The notes under the pieces: generated by a model
What the model saw: the letters and a program-made list of their open reading frames with translations, nothing else
Database searches by the model: none
What the model was told of the DNA's origin: nothing
Assembly (NCBI GenBank): GCA_964455415.1
Contig: CAYVWC010000001.1
Location: forward strand, 716-40,715
Source: an uncultured Clostridium sp.
GTDB lineage: Bacteria > Bacillota > Clostridia > TANB77 > CAG-508
Direction of reading: 5' to 3'
DNA length: 40,000 bases
In this document: piece after piece, positions 20,162 to 29,883 of the stretch
Layout of the letters: every line of letters starts with the position of its first letter
How positions within the stretch are numbered: the first letter of the stretch is position 1
Translations under genes and position numbers: made by a program

Positions 20162-21025
20162 TTATTCTCCTTTTTTTACCTTATTATATGAAATACAATA
20201 ATATGTCCTATATTTTTGTTTCATAATCTTATATGCTTTTTTTGCTTTTTGTTTATCATCAAAAATCCCATATACTGCCGATCCACTTCCTGACATCAAA
20301 CTTCCAATCGCTCCTACAGATAAAATGTCATTTTTAATATTTTCTATATTTTCTACTGCTATTTCAAATACATTATATAAATTGTTTGCAATACTTAGTA
20401 ATTCCCCATTTTCTAAGGCATTTTTCATATAAGTTGTATTATATTTTTGATTTATATTAGTATCTTTATCTAATCTTTCATACATCTCCTTTGTGTTGCA
20501 TGAAAATTCTGGCTTTACTATGACAATATAATATTTTGAGTTGGACTTTATCTCTTCTATTTTTTCTCCTATCCCTCTTGCAATAAGTGGAGTATCGTAA
20601 AATGTTGCTGGTACATCCGCTCCTAAAATTACACCTATTTTTTCCATTTCTTTTTTGTCTAACCCTAATTTGAATAATTTATTCATACACTCTATAAAAC
20701 TTCCACAATCTGTACTACCTCCACCAAGTCCAGCTTGAACAGGAATGTTTTTTATTAAAGTAACATCTACTCCTTTTATCTGACTAAACCTATTCTTTAA
20801 TAATTGATAAGCTTTATAGATTATATTATTTTCTCCTTCTAAATCTGTAATGTTTACATTAATATTAATTCCTTCATCTTTATTATTTTCTATTACATAC
20901 ATTTCATCATATAAGCTAATCTTTTGAAATACTGACTCTATATTATGGTAATTATCTTTTCTCTTTTCTAATACATTTAATGTCAAATTAAGCTTAGCTC
21001 TTGCTTTTTTATATACTCTGTTCAT
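20162..21025 (-). CDS. ispE: 4-diphosphocytidyl-2-C-methyl-D-erythritol kinase
   Basis: 287-aa ORF with the N-terminal KARAKLNLTLNVL...YHNIESVFQ and the GHMP-kinase motif PVQAGLGGGSTD. Confidence 0.85.
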   Translation of the reverse strand: MNRVYKKARAKLNLTLNVLEKRKDNYHNIESVFQKISLYDEMYVIENNKDEGININVNITDLEGENNIIYKAYQLLKNRFSQIKGVDVTLIKNIPVQAGLGGGSTDCGSFIECMNKLFKLGLDKKEMEKIGVILGADVPATFYDTPLIARGIGEKIEEIKSNSKYYIVIVKPEFSCNTKEMYERLDKDTNINQKYNTTYMKNALENGELLSIANNLYNVFEIAVENIENIKNDILSVGAIGSLMSGSGSAVYGIFDDKQKAKKAYKIMKQKYRTYYCISYNKVKKGE

Positions 21026-21035
21026 TATACTCCCT

Positions 21036-21497
21036 CTAATCTACTGTTAAAACTACAAATGCACTAATTCCATTTCCTTTTCCAAACTCTGTTAGTCCTT
21101 CTCCTGTAGTGGCTGTTATTCCTACCTGATTTTTAGCTATTCCAAGTGCTTTACCAATACTTTCTCTCATTTCATCTACTTTAGGTGATATTTTTGGAAT
21201 TTTACACTCTATTGTAATTGATATATGTATAATCTTTTCCTCTAAATACTCCAATGCTTTTTTTAGATATTCCTTACTATCTACTATTCCTGACATACAC
21301 ATCTCATCTGAAACTTTTCCTAATATATTCACACAGGTAATCCCTGATATTGCATTTGTTATTGCATGAAATACAACATCTCCGTCACTATTTGCTTTAA
21401 TTGCTGGTCCTTCAAATTCTACACCTGCTAAAATTAATTTTTTTTCATTATTTTCAAAATCAAATCTATGACTATCTTGTCCTATTGATACTTTCAT
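21036..21497 (-). CDS. ispF: 2-C-methyl-D-erythritol 2,4-cyclodiphosphate synthase
   Basis: 153-aa ORF with IGQDSHRF, SDGDVVFHAITNAISGI and ATTGEGLTEFGKG. Confidence 0.9.
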   Translation of the reverse strand: MKVSIGQDSHRFDFENNEKKLILAGVEFEGPAIKANSDGDVVFHAITNAISGITCVNILGKVSDEMCMSGIVDSKEYLKKALEYLEEKIIHISITIECKIPKISPKVDEMRESIGKALGIAKNQVGITATTGEGLTEFGKGNGISAFVVLTVD

Positions 21498-21526
21498 TTT
21501 TGGCCTCCAATAATTTTAGATTATTT

Positions 21527-22657
21527 TTACATTAAATATTTTTTTACTATATCATAAAATATTTGTGTTCCAATTAGTACTGGCTTAATTCCACATGTAA
21601 AATTCTCACTATGTTGTGGATAATATTTATCCTGTTTACATCCAATAAGTATCATAGCTCCTGGTACTTTTTCTAAAAAATAAGAAAAATCCTCTGAACT
21701 CATAGTTTGATGATTTTCATCTATTCCTTCTGCAACTTTTTGGGCAATTTCTTTTACATCATCTGCTTCTTTTTTTGAATTAATAGTTGCTGGATAATTT
21801 CCAATAAATTCTAACTTTGCTTTTCCTCCCATTTTGTTTGCTATATCTTCTACTTTATTTTTTAGTTTTTCTTTTATTTCTTTTCTTATATCATTATTAA
21901 ATGTTCTACAAATTCCTTTTAATTCTACTTTTTCTGGTATTACATTATTGGTATTCCCAGCATTTATTGCTGTTATTCCAAGTACTATTTTATTTTCTGG
22001 CTTTTCATTTATTTTTGCCATCTCTTTTATTTCTTTTCCGATTATATTAGCAATATATATTGAATCTATACACTGTTCTGGAAGTGCTGCATGTCCCCCT
22101 TTTCCATATATAGTTATATCAAATGGATCTGTTGATGCCATTACTGCTCCTTCTTTTATTCCAACGCATCCTTCTTCTAATTCGCTCCAGACATGTATTG
22201 CAAATGCTTTATTTACATTAGGATTTTCCAATGCCCCATTTTTTATCATAGGAAGAGCACCACCTGCTCCTTCTTCATCTGGCTCAAATAATAATTTTAC
22301 TGTTCCTTTTATTTTATCCTGATTATCAATTAATAGTTTGGCTAATGCAAGCAAAATCGTCATATGGGCATTATGTCCACAGGTATGTTTTGTCCTTCCA
22401 GTATTATCCATTATCACAGCATCCATATCACTTCTAAATAATATACAATTTCCTTCTGTTTTTCCTTTTAAAGTTGCAACTATTCCTGTTTCATATATAT
22501 TATCATTTATCTCTGTAAAACCTATTTCTTTTAATCTCTTTTTTATATAGCTTGATGTCTTTATCTCTTTAAGTCCTGGTTCTGGGTTTTCTAACAAGTA
22601 CTGTTTATCTTGTTCCATTTGTTCTTTTAAAGACATAACTTCTTTTTCTATATTCAC
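21527..22657 (-). CDS. M20-family amidohydrolase, candidate N-acyl-LL-diaminopimelate deacylase
   Basis: 376-aa ORF with the metal-binding HTCGHNAH motif (M20D-type), LFEPDEEG and GGHAA. Its position in a DAP operon supports the role. Confidence 0.7.
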   Translation of the reverse strand: MNIEKEVMSLKEQMEQDKQYLLENPEPGLKEIKTSSYIKKRLKEIGFTEINDNIYETGIVATLKGKTEGNCILFRSDMDAVIMDNTGRTKHTCGHNAHMTILLALAKLLIDNQDKIKGTVKLLFEPDEEGAGGALPMIKNGALENPNVNKAFAIHVWSELEEGCVGIKEGAVMASTDPFDITIYGKGGHAALPEQCIDSIYIANIIGKEIKEMAKINEKPENKIVLGITAINAGNTNNVIPEKVELKGICRTFNNDIRKEIKEKLKNKVEDIANKMGGKAKLEFIGNYPATINSKKEADDVKEIAQKVAEGIDENHQTMSSEDFSYFLEKVPGAMILIGCKQDKYYPQHSENFTCGIKPVLIGTQIFYDIVKKYLM

Positions 22658-22672
22658 TTCTTTTTCCTTCCT

Positions 22673-23875
22673 TTAACTAAATAACTTTACAATTCTTGAT
22701 ACCGCTTCTTTTGTATCTTCCTTACTTGAAAAACCTGTTAGCCTAAAATATCCTTCTCCTGATTCTCCAAAACCTATTCCAGGAGTTCCCACAACCCCTG
22801 CCTTGTTTAGTAAAATATCAAAAAATTTCCATGATTTCATTTGTTTTGGAGTTTTTAACCATACATACGGAGAATTTGTACCTCCATATACTGTAAATCC
22901 AGCTTTTTTAAGTTCTTCTTTTATGTATTTTGCATTTTCTTTATAATACATAATATTTTCAGTGATCTCTTTTTGTCCTTGAATTGAATAAATTGCCTCT
23001 GATGCTCTTTGAGTTATATAAGGTGCAGCTCCATATTTTGTACTCTGCCTTCTTTTCCAAATACTGTTTAGTTCTACCTTTTCATTATTAGACTTATATA
23101 CTTTCAATTCCTTTGGTACAACAGTAAAAGATGATCTAACACCTGTAAACCCTGCAAGTTTTGAGTAACTTCTAAACTCAATTGCAACTTCTTTTGCTCC
23201 TTCTATTTCATATATACTATGTGGAATATTATCTTCTTCTATAAATACTTCATACACAGAATCATATAAAATTATAGCATTATTTTTTCTTGCATACTGT
23301 ACCCACTTAGTTAGTTCTTCTTTATTTAACACTACTCCTGTCGGATTATTAGGTAAACACAAATATATAATGTCAATATGTTTTTTTGGTATATCAGGAA
23401 TAAAGTTATTTTCTTCTGTTCCCTTTAGATAAACAATATTATTTCTTCCGAGCATAATATTTACATCTCGATATGCTGGATACACTGGCTCCATAATTGC
23501 GACTATATCATCTAAAGAAAACAATTCTGCAATTCCTGCTAAATCTCCCTTTGTTCCTGAACCTATAAATATTTCTTCTTTATCAAGACTTACTCCTCTT
23601 TTTTTATATTCATACTCTAATATTTTATCAATTAAAAAATCATATCCTTGAACTTTTCCATATCCTCTAAATGTCTCTTTTTTAGACATTTCATAAGTTG
23701 CTTTATTCATTGCTTCTATAACTGTTTTTGTAAGTGGAAGAGTTACATCTCCTATTCCTAAACTAATTAGCTTAGCATTTGGATTTTTGGATATATATTC
23801 ATTTGTCTTTTTTAGTATTTTTGAAAAAAGATAATCATCTTCTAAATTCAAAAATGCTTTATTAATATTTGCCAT
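22673..23875 (-). CDS. dapL: Class I/II aminotransferase with an LL-diaminopimelate aminotransferase (DapL)-like N-terminus
   Basis: MANINKAFLNLEDDYLFSKI...LISLGIGDVTLPL matches the DapL hallmark N-terminus; SYSKLAGFTGVR carries the PLP lysine. I prefer the ATG at 23875 (GGAAGGA RBS) over the track start at 23947. Confidence 0.75.
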   Translation of the reverse strand: MANINKAFLNLEDDYLFSKILKKTNEYISKNPNAKLISLGIGDVTLPLTKTVIEAMNKATYEMSKKETFRGYGKVQGYDFLIDKILEYEYKKRGVSLDKEEIFIGSGTKGDLAGIAELFSLDDIVAIMEPVYPAYRDVNIMLGRNNIVYLKGTEENNFIPDIPKKHIDIIYLCLPNNPTGVVLNKEELTKWVQYARKNNAIILYDSVYEVFIEEDNIPHSIYEIEGAKEVAIEFRSYSKLAGFTGVRSSFTVVPKELKVYKSNNEKVELNSIWKRRQSTKYGAAPYITQRASEAIYSIQGQKEITENIMYYKENAKYIKEELKKAGFTVYGGTNSPYVWLKTPKQMKSWKFFDILLNKAGVVGTPGIGFGESGEGYFRLTGFSSKEDTKEAVSRIVKLFS

Positions 23876-23950
23876 TTTTCTAGTATCCTTCCATAGTTTG
23901 TTAATTCCCCTCGGCATATTTAATACTAAGGGGAATTTGATTTTCATTTT

Positions 23951-24742
23951 TTATGGGCGCAATAAGTCTTCTAATTCTACTTTGCTACCATATTTTATAA
24001 TTATTGGTACTGATTTTGAAAGAGTTATTCCTTCAAATTTAGATTTTAAGTCTCTTGTCCCTGGAATTACAACAGTATTTTCAGGAACTACTATTTGACC
24101 TTTTTCATTTGGTGTAATTATTTCTCCTTTTACATTATCATATATTGGAGTACTTCCAGTAATTGTTACTCCTGCTGCAACTATTGCTCCATTTTTTACT
24201 ATTGTTCCTTCTGTAACTTGTGAGCCAGCTCCTATAAATACATTATCTTCTATTATTACAGGATAAGCACCAACAGGTTCTAGTACTCCTCCTACAATTA
24301 CTCCTGCTCCTACATGTACATTTTTGCCTATTTGAGCGCAAGAACCAACTATAACTGATGAATCAACCATAGAACCTTCATCTATATATGCTCCAATATT
24401 TGTATAACATGGTGGCATAAATGTAACACCTTTCCCAATATATACTCCGTCTCTTACAGATACTGTTGGAGATACTTTTCTTACTCCGTCTGTTAACTCT
24501 ATTTTTCTTTCTCCCATAGTATCTTTATCAATAGTTCCGTCTTTAAATTCACATACTTCTCCATATTTAAACCCTAGTAATATAACCTTTTTTACCCATG
24601 TATTTATCTTCCACTCTTCATTTTCCTTATATGCTACTCTTACTTTTCCAGAATTCAAATCATTTTTAAATTCTTTCCAGATTGGTAAAAACTCTTCACG
24701 AGTTAAGTCATTTCTATCACATAATTTTATATATTTTTCCAT
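23951..24742 (-). CDS. dapD: 2,3,4,5-tetrahydropyridine-2,6-dicarboxylate N-acyl(succinyl)transferase
   Basis: 263-aa ORF. SGKVRVAYKENEEWKINTWVKKVILLGF parallels the E. coli DapD N-domain. The C-terminal half consists of left-handed beta-helix hexapeptide repeats. Confidence 0.8.
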   Translation of the reverse strand: MEKYIKLCDRNDLTREEFLPIWKEFKNDLNSGKVRVAYKENEEWKINTWVKKVILLGFKYGEVCEFKDGTIDKDTMGERKIELTDGVRKVSPTVSVRDGVYIGKGVTFMPPCYTNIGAYIDEGSMVDSSVIVGSCAQIGKNVHVGAGVIVGGVLEPVGAYPVIIEDNVFIGAGSQVTEGTIVKNGAIVAAGVTITGSTPIYDNVKGEIITPNEKGQIVVPENTVVIPGTRDLKSKFEGITLSKSVPIIIKYGSKVELEDLLRP

Positions 24743-24816
24743 TATTATTCCTCCTAAATTAATTATTATGAAGCTACTGCAAAATTATATCATGGTATAT
24801 TAACTTACGTCAAACC

Positions 24817-25668
24817 CTATATATTTTCACAATTAAACTCCCCTTCAAATACAGTAGTTGCTTTTCCTGTCATATAAACACTATCATTCCACTTAATATT
24901 TAAGTCTCCGCCAAGTAATTTAATTTTTATATCCTCATTTGCATTTACTAGATTATTTAGTGTGCAAGCAACGCAAGTTGCAGAAGCTCCTGTTCCACAA
25001 GCAAGTGTTTCTCCTGCCCCTCTTTCCCATACTCTCATTTTTACAGTATTCCTATCTACTATTTCTATAAATTCTATATTTGATTTTTTAGGAAAGTGTT
25101 CATCTATTTCTAGTACACTTCCATATTTTTGTACATCAAAGTTATCTACATCTTCCACTACTGTTATAGCATGTGGATTTCCCATTGATACACAGGTAAA
25201 TGTAAATTCTTTATCTAATGCCTTTATTTTTAAATTTTTTACAATTTGTTCATCAGATATTACTGGTATTTTTTCAGCTTCTAAAATTGGTTTTCCCATA
25301 TCCACTGTAACAGTATCTACTTTGCCATTTTTTATGTGTAAATCTAATTTTTTAACTCCTGCCAAAGTTTCAATGGTTAGTTTTTCTTTGTTTGTTAATC
25401 CTTTATCATAAACAAACTTTCCAACACATCTTATTCCATTTCCACACATTTCTGCTTCTGTTCCGTCTTGATTGAACATTTTCATTTTAAAATCCTCTGT
25501 GTTGCTTTTGCAAATTAAAATAAGTCCGTCGCTGCCTATTCCAAAATGCCTGTCACTCATAATTTTAGCTAGACCTGCTATGTTATTTATCTGACTTTCC
25601 TCCATTTTTGTACAGTCAATATAGACATAGTCATTGCCTAGCCCTTCCATTTTTGTAAATTTAATCAT
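24817..25668 (-). CDS. dapF: Diaminopimelate epimerase
   Basis: 283-aa ORF with [15 protein letters not shown] and the two catalytic Cys motifs MCGNGIRC and ACGTGASA. Confidence 0.9.
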   Translation of the reverse strand: MIKFTKMEGLGNDYVYIDCTKMEESQINNIAGLAKIMSDRHFGIGSDGLILICKSNTEDFKMKMFNQDGTEAEMCGNGIRCVGKFVYDKGLTNKEKLTIETLAGVKKLDLHIKNGKVDTVTVDMGKPILEAEKIPVISDEQIVKNLKIKALDKEFTFTCVSMGNPHAITVVEDVDNFDVQKYGSVLEIDEHFPKKSNIEFIEIVDRNTVKMRVWERGAGETLACGTGASATCVACTLNNLVNANEDIKIKLLGGDLNIKWNDSVYMTGKATTVFEGEFNCENI

Positions 25669-25865
25669 AATTTCACCTCATATAGGTATTAATCATATAT
25701 GGAAAATATAGTTATATTTCTCCAGTGCTTATTATACCATATGTTTTTAAAAAATAAAAGATTATTTATAAAATTAAATAATAGCATTAATTTTTGTTGT
25801 AAGTTTTAGCATTTTGTGTTATTATATTAATGTAATATTATTAATTCAAAAAAGGAGGAATTTAT

Positions 25866-26423
25866 ATGTTAATAGCAATTATAGTTATACTTGTAGTTAT
25901 TATTCTTTGGGCTATAATCGCATATAACAGTTTAATTAGAAAGAAACTTAAGGTAGAAAATTCATGGGGTCAAATTGATGTTCAATTACAAAGAAGATTT
26001 GATTTAATACCTAATTTAGTAAATTGTGTTAAAGGTTATATGGAACATGAAAAAGATACATTATCAAAAGTAACTGAGCTTAGAACAGCATGGGCTAAAG
26101 CTTCAAAGATTGGTGAAAAAGCAGAACTTGATAATCAACTTTCTGCTGCATTAAAAACAATTATGGCAGTTTCTGAAAGTTATCCAGATTTAAAAGCAAA
26201 TCAAAACTTTTCAGAATTACAAGAAGAATTAAGAAATACAGAAAATAAGATTTCTTATGCAAGACAATTCTATAATGACTCTGTTACAATATATAATGAA
26301 GCTTTACAAGTATTTCCTAGTAGCATTATAGCTAATATCTTCCATTTCCAAGCATCAGAATTATTCCTTGTAAATGATGAAGAAACAAGACAAAACGTAA
26401 AAGTAGATTTTGGAAATAATTAA
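25866..26423 (+). CDS. lemA: LemA family membrane protein
   Basis: 185-aa ORF with an N-terminal TM segment plus YNSLIRKKLKVENSWGQIDVQLQRRFDLIPNLV. An AAGGAGG RBS lies upstream. Confidence 0.85.
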   Translation: MLIAIIVILVVIILWAIIAYNSLIRKKLKVENSWGQIDVQLQRRFDLIPNLVNCVKGYMEHEKDTLSKVTELRTAWAKASKIGEKAELDNQLSAALKTIMAVSESYPDLKANQNFSELQEELRNTENKISYARQFYNDSVTIYNEALQVFPSSIIANIFHFQASELFLVNDEETRQNVKVDFGNN

Positions 26424-26489
26424 TTTGTTTTAAAAGCCAGCAAGTATATTTAGCTGGCTCTTTTACAATCACTGAAAGGATAGATAGTT

Positions 26490-27383
26490 ATGTATGAAGA
26501 CATACGCTCTAATAAAATAAAAACAGGGATTATAATTTCTATATTCATAATTGCAATCACATTAATCCTTTATTATATATGTATGGCATTTGACTTAGGT
26601 CCACTTTCTATAGTAATTGCACTTATATTTTCTATACTAGCATCTTTTGCATCTTACTATAATAGTGATAAAATTGTTTTATCAATGTCAAAAGCTAGAC
26701 CTGCAACTCGTGAAGAAAATCAGAAATTAGTAAATATCTTAGATGCACTTGTTATTAGCGCTGGATTAACTACCACACCAAAGCTCTATGTTATAGATGA
26801 TAAACAACCAAATGCTTTTGCAACTGGTCGTGACCCAGAGCATTCTGTTATTTGTGTTACAACCGGTCTCCTTGAAAAGCTTGATTACTATGAACTTGAA
26901 GGAGTTATTGGACATGAATTAGCCCATATTGCAAATTATGATATTAGACTTTCCGCAGTTGTTACTGTAATGGTAAGTTTTGTAGTAATATTATCAGATA
27001 TATTTACACGAGCTTTCCTTTGGGGGGGCGGACGTAGTTCCAGAGATAATGAAGGAAATGGAAATGTAATCCTTATGCTTATTGGACTTATATTTTTAAT
27101 CTTAGCTCCAATATTTGGCAAGCTTGCACAACTTGCTATTTCAAGACGTAGAGAATTTTTAGCTGATGCAACTTCTGCAAAATACACAAGAAATCCTGAT
27201 GCTTTAATATCAGCTCTTCAAAAAATATCTAATGACCCAAACGAACTTGAAACAGCAAATAAATCTACAGCTCACATGTATATTGCAACACCATTTAGAG
27301 ATGAGAAAATAAATAAATCTAGTATTTGGTCTACTCACCCAAGTTTAGATGAAAGAGTTCAAGCATTGAGAAACTTAAAATAA
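26490..27383 (+). CDS. htpX: M48-family zinc metalloprotease HtpX homolog
   Basis: 297-aa ORF with 4 TM segments, the HELAHI (HExxH) motif and a downstream EFLAD. The LemA-HtpX pairing is common. Confidence 0.85.
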   Translation: MYEDIRSNKIKTGIIISIFIIAITLILYYICMAFDLGPLSIVIALIFSILASFASYYNSDKIVLSMSKARPATREENQKLVNILDALVISAGLTTTPKLYVIDDKQPNAFATGRDPEHSVICVTTGLLEKLDYYELEGVIGHELAHIANYDIRLSAVVTVMVSFVVILSDIFTRAFLWGGGRSSRDNEGNGNVILMLIGLIFLILAPIFGKLAQLAISRRREFLADATSAKYTRNPDALISALQKISNDPNELETANKSTAHMYIATPFRDEKINKSSIWSTHPSLDERVQALRNLK

Positions 27384-27386
27384 AAT

Positions 27387-27413
27387 AAAATCTCGCTTCG
27401 GCAGCGAGATTTT
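27387..27413. terminator. Bidirectional rho-independent terminator between convergent htpX and tatD
   Basis: Perfect 11-bp stem aaaatctcgct / agcgagatttt with a 5-nt loop tcggc and an A-run/T-run built into the arms. It starts 4 nt after the htpX stop and overlaps the tatD stop. Confidence 0.8.
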
Positions 27414-28194
27414 ATTTTATTTCATATATTCGTTTTCCATTTTCATATGTAATATTTGCCATTTCTTCAATAGCTATATTTTTTACATTAGCAATCTTTT
27501 CCAATGTATATTTTATATTTCTTGAATCATTTCTCTTTCCCCTATTAGGTTCTGGACTAAGATATGGGCAATCTGTCTCAATTAAAATTTTATCATTTGG
27601 AACTATACTTATAATTTCATCAGCATTTTTTGAATTTTTAAAAGTGATCGCTCCTGCAAATGATATATAAAATCCTGTTTCGATGCCTGTTTTTACTAAA
27701 TCTCTATTTAGTTGGCAACAATGCAAAATCCCTCTTTTTTCTGGTAATGTTTCTGTTTTAAGTATGTTTATTGTATCCATTATTGCATCTCTTGAGTGAA
27801 TAACTATTGGCAAATTTAATTTCCTTGCAAGTTTTATTTGCTCTACAAACGCATATCTTTGTAAATCTTTCTTATCCTTTACCCAATGATTATCTAATCC
27901 TATTTCTCCTATTGCAACAACTTTGTCATTTTCTTTTGCTATTTTCTCTATCTCTAAAATATCTGCATCTATCTGTTTTTCATCTTCTGCAATTTCATTT
28001 GGATGTATTCCGACAGCTGCATATATGAAATTATGAGTATTTGCAATTTCAACTACCTTTTTTGAGTTTTCTATATTGTCTCCAACAACTACTATATTTT
28101 CAATTCCTGCTTCATATACTTTTTTTATTATTTCCTCTCGATCTTCATCAAACTGTTCATCATTATAATGAGCGTGTGTATCAAATAATTTCAT
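27412..28194 (-). CDS. tatD: TatD-family metal-dependent hydrolase/DNase
   Basis: 260-aa ORF with MKLFDTHAHYND, AVGIHP, IGEIGLD, PIVIHSRDA and ETDCPYL. Confidence 0.85.
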   Translation of the reverse strand: MKLFDTHAHYNDEQFDEDREEIIKKVYEAGIENIVVVGDNIENSKKVVEIANTHNFIYAAVGIHPNEIAEDEKQIDADILEIEKIAKENDKVVAIGEIGLDNHWVKDKKDLQRYAFVEQIKLARKLNLPIVIHSRDAIMDTINILKTETLPEKRGILHCCQLNRDLVKTGIETGFYISFAGAITFKNSKNADEIISIVPNDKILIETDCPYLSPEPNRGKRNDSRNIKYTLEKIANVKNIAIEEMANITYENGKRIYEIK

Positions 28195-28233
28195 TTTTGT
28201 ACCTTTCCTTAAAACTAAAAAACTGATCAGTTT

Positions 28234-28605
28234 CTATTCCCATATTGCCACTACATTTGCAATAGCAAATTCTTTGCAATGTGATATGCTAATCTCTATA
28301 CTTTCTAAATCTTGTGGCTCTTTATTTATAAATTTAACAATTGGTCTTCCATTTTCATCATTTAAGATTTCTACGTCTTTCCATGTTAACTCAAATTTGT
28401 TTGTAAGTCTATTTGATATAGCTTTAAATATTGCTTCCTTTGCCGCAAACCTTGCTGCATAGTGCTGATATTTTGCTAAGTTTCTTCCTTCGCAATATTC
28501 TTTCTCTTTTTCGTTATATACTTCGTCTAAAAATTTTTTATTATCTTCTATTGCTTTTTTTATTCTATCTATTTCTATAATATCTGTTCCACATGTTATC
28601 TTCAT
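28234..28605 (-). CDS. acpS: Holo-[acyl-carrier-protein] synthase
   Basis: 123-aa ORF with GTDIIEIDRI, FAAKEAIFKA and ISISHCKEFA. Confidence 0.85.
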   Translation of the reverse strand: MKITCGTDIIEIDRIKKAIEDNKKFLDEVYNEKEKEYCEGRNLAKYQHYAARFAAKEAIFKAISNRLTNKFELTWKDVEILNDENGRPIVKFINKEPQDLESIEISISHCKEFAIANVVAIWE

Positions 28606-28622
28606 TTTTGTTTCCTTTCATT

Positions 28623-29858
28623 TTAAGTAAGCTTATATAAGGCAATAAAGTTTATTACATTTATACATAATGAGATAATTAGAACAAAAAGTATTACTCG
28701 ATTTACTCTTTCATTTTTTCTTACTCTTAAATCTTTATATGCTATATCATATTGTCTTTTTGCCTTATTATAGATGCCTTCTAAATCCAATGTTTTAATC
28801 GTTTCTTTATATATTAAAATTCCATTATCGTTATTAGTTAACTCATGTATCCATATATCATTTGTAAAAGACAAAAATTTTTCTTTTACATCAGACATTT
28901 TTTTAGCATTTCTAAAATCATATAAAAGTTTTTGCATATAAAACTTTTGATATAGTGAAAATATATATGTATAAAAAAATTCATTTTCAAATTCAAAGGG
29001 TAAGTTCGTATAATTTACAGTGTTTATGCTAGATGTCAAAAGATTTACTCCTGCGTTACTTATACCAACCTTGATATATTTTCCTAAATTCACTGTGCTT
29101 AGTCTATCATTATTAAAACTTGAATTAAACTCGCTATTTAACACATTTGCATATTTAAAAAATTCTTTTTCAATCTCTTGAAAATCGTGAGTATCGTTCC
29201 AATACTCTTGATCCAGACATACATAAGAATATGTCAAAAATCTATTTATATCTATATCTATCTTTTTAGAATCTGCTGTATTCCATGTGAGTTCTTTTAT
29301 TAAATCAGATAGCTTTTTCATATCACTAAAAGTATCAGTCTGTATTTTAATTTTGCTATAATCAAGATTATCTTTTATTTCAGAATTTATATCTCTAAAT
29401 TTTAAGTTAAAATTTAATAAGTCAGAAAATCTATCTGTTTCTTCTATATTTGTTTTTAATGCCAAAAAGCATATTCCTGTGTTAAAACATATTATTTGCA
29501 CTTTTTGCACTTTAAAAAATATGCCATCCTCTTCCCCTGCTTTTGCTTGTATATCTTTGCCTAAATCATATTCAAAGATCGTACATGGTATTTGTGCAAG
29601 CATATTTGCTTTAATTTTTGTTCCCAAAGAATTAAACATTTTCATATTTGAATCAGCAAACATAAAACTTCTAAACATATATTCCCTTATAGTTGGCAAG
29701 AAATAGTTATACATGCTGAGATTTTTTCTTCTTTCAAATATCTTTATTCTGCATTTTGTATTTTTTAAAAGTTTTTGCATGTATTTACTATATTTTTCTT
29801 CTTTTACAACATATGGATATATAAAATAGCTGTAGTGATATTTCATCTTAAGTTCCAT
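28623..29858 (-). CDS. Hypothetical protein with a single C-terminal TM anchor (about 411-422 aa)
   Basis: The ORF is intact and I recognise no family. The C-terminal hydrophobic helix is VNRVILFVLIISLCINVINFIALY. I prefer the ATG at 29858 (AGGAAG RBS 6 nt upstream); the track start at 29891 would overlap the upstream gene. Confidence 0.45.
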   Translation of the reverse strand: MELKMKYHYSYFIYPYVVKEEKYSKYMQKLLKNTKCRIKIFERRKNLSMYNYFLPTIREYMFRSFMFADSNMKMFNSLGTKIKANMLAQIPCTIFEYDLGKDIQAKAGEEDGIFFKVQKVQIICFNTGICFLALKTNIEETDRFSDLLNFNLKFRDINSEIKDNLDYSKIKIQTDTFSDMKKLSDLIKELTWNTADSKKIDIDINRFLTYSYVCLDQEYWNDTHDFQEIEKEFFKYANVLNSEFNSSFNNDRLSTVNLGKYIKVGISNAGVNLLTSSINTVNYTNLPFEFENEFFYTYIFSLYQKFYMQKLLYDFRNAKKMSDVKEKFLSFTNDIWIHELTNNDNGILIYKETIKTLDLEGIYNKAKRQYDIAYKDLRVRKNERVNRVILFVLIISLCINVINFIALYKLT

Positions 29859-29883
29859 GTTTTTCTTCCTTTCTTTGGTATTT

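Noticed and set aside
25669-25865. A lysine (L-box) riboswitch or T-box leader upstream of the dapF operon.
   Set aside because: The 197-nt divergent spacer is almost pure A/T, lacks the G/C-rich conserved helices of these leaders, and must also hold the lemA promoter.
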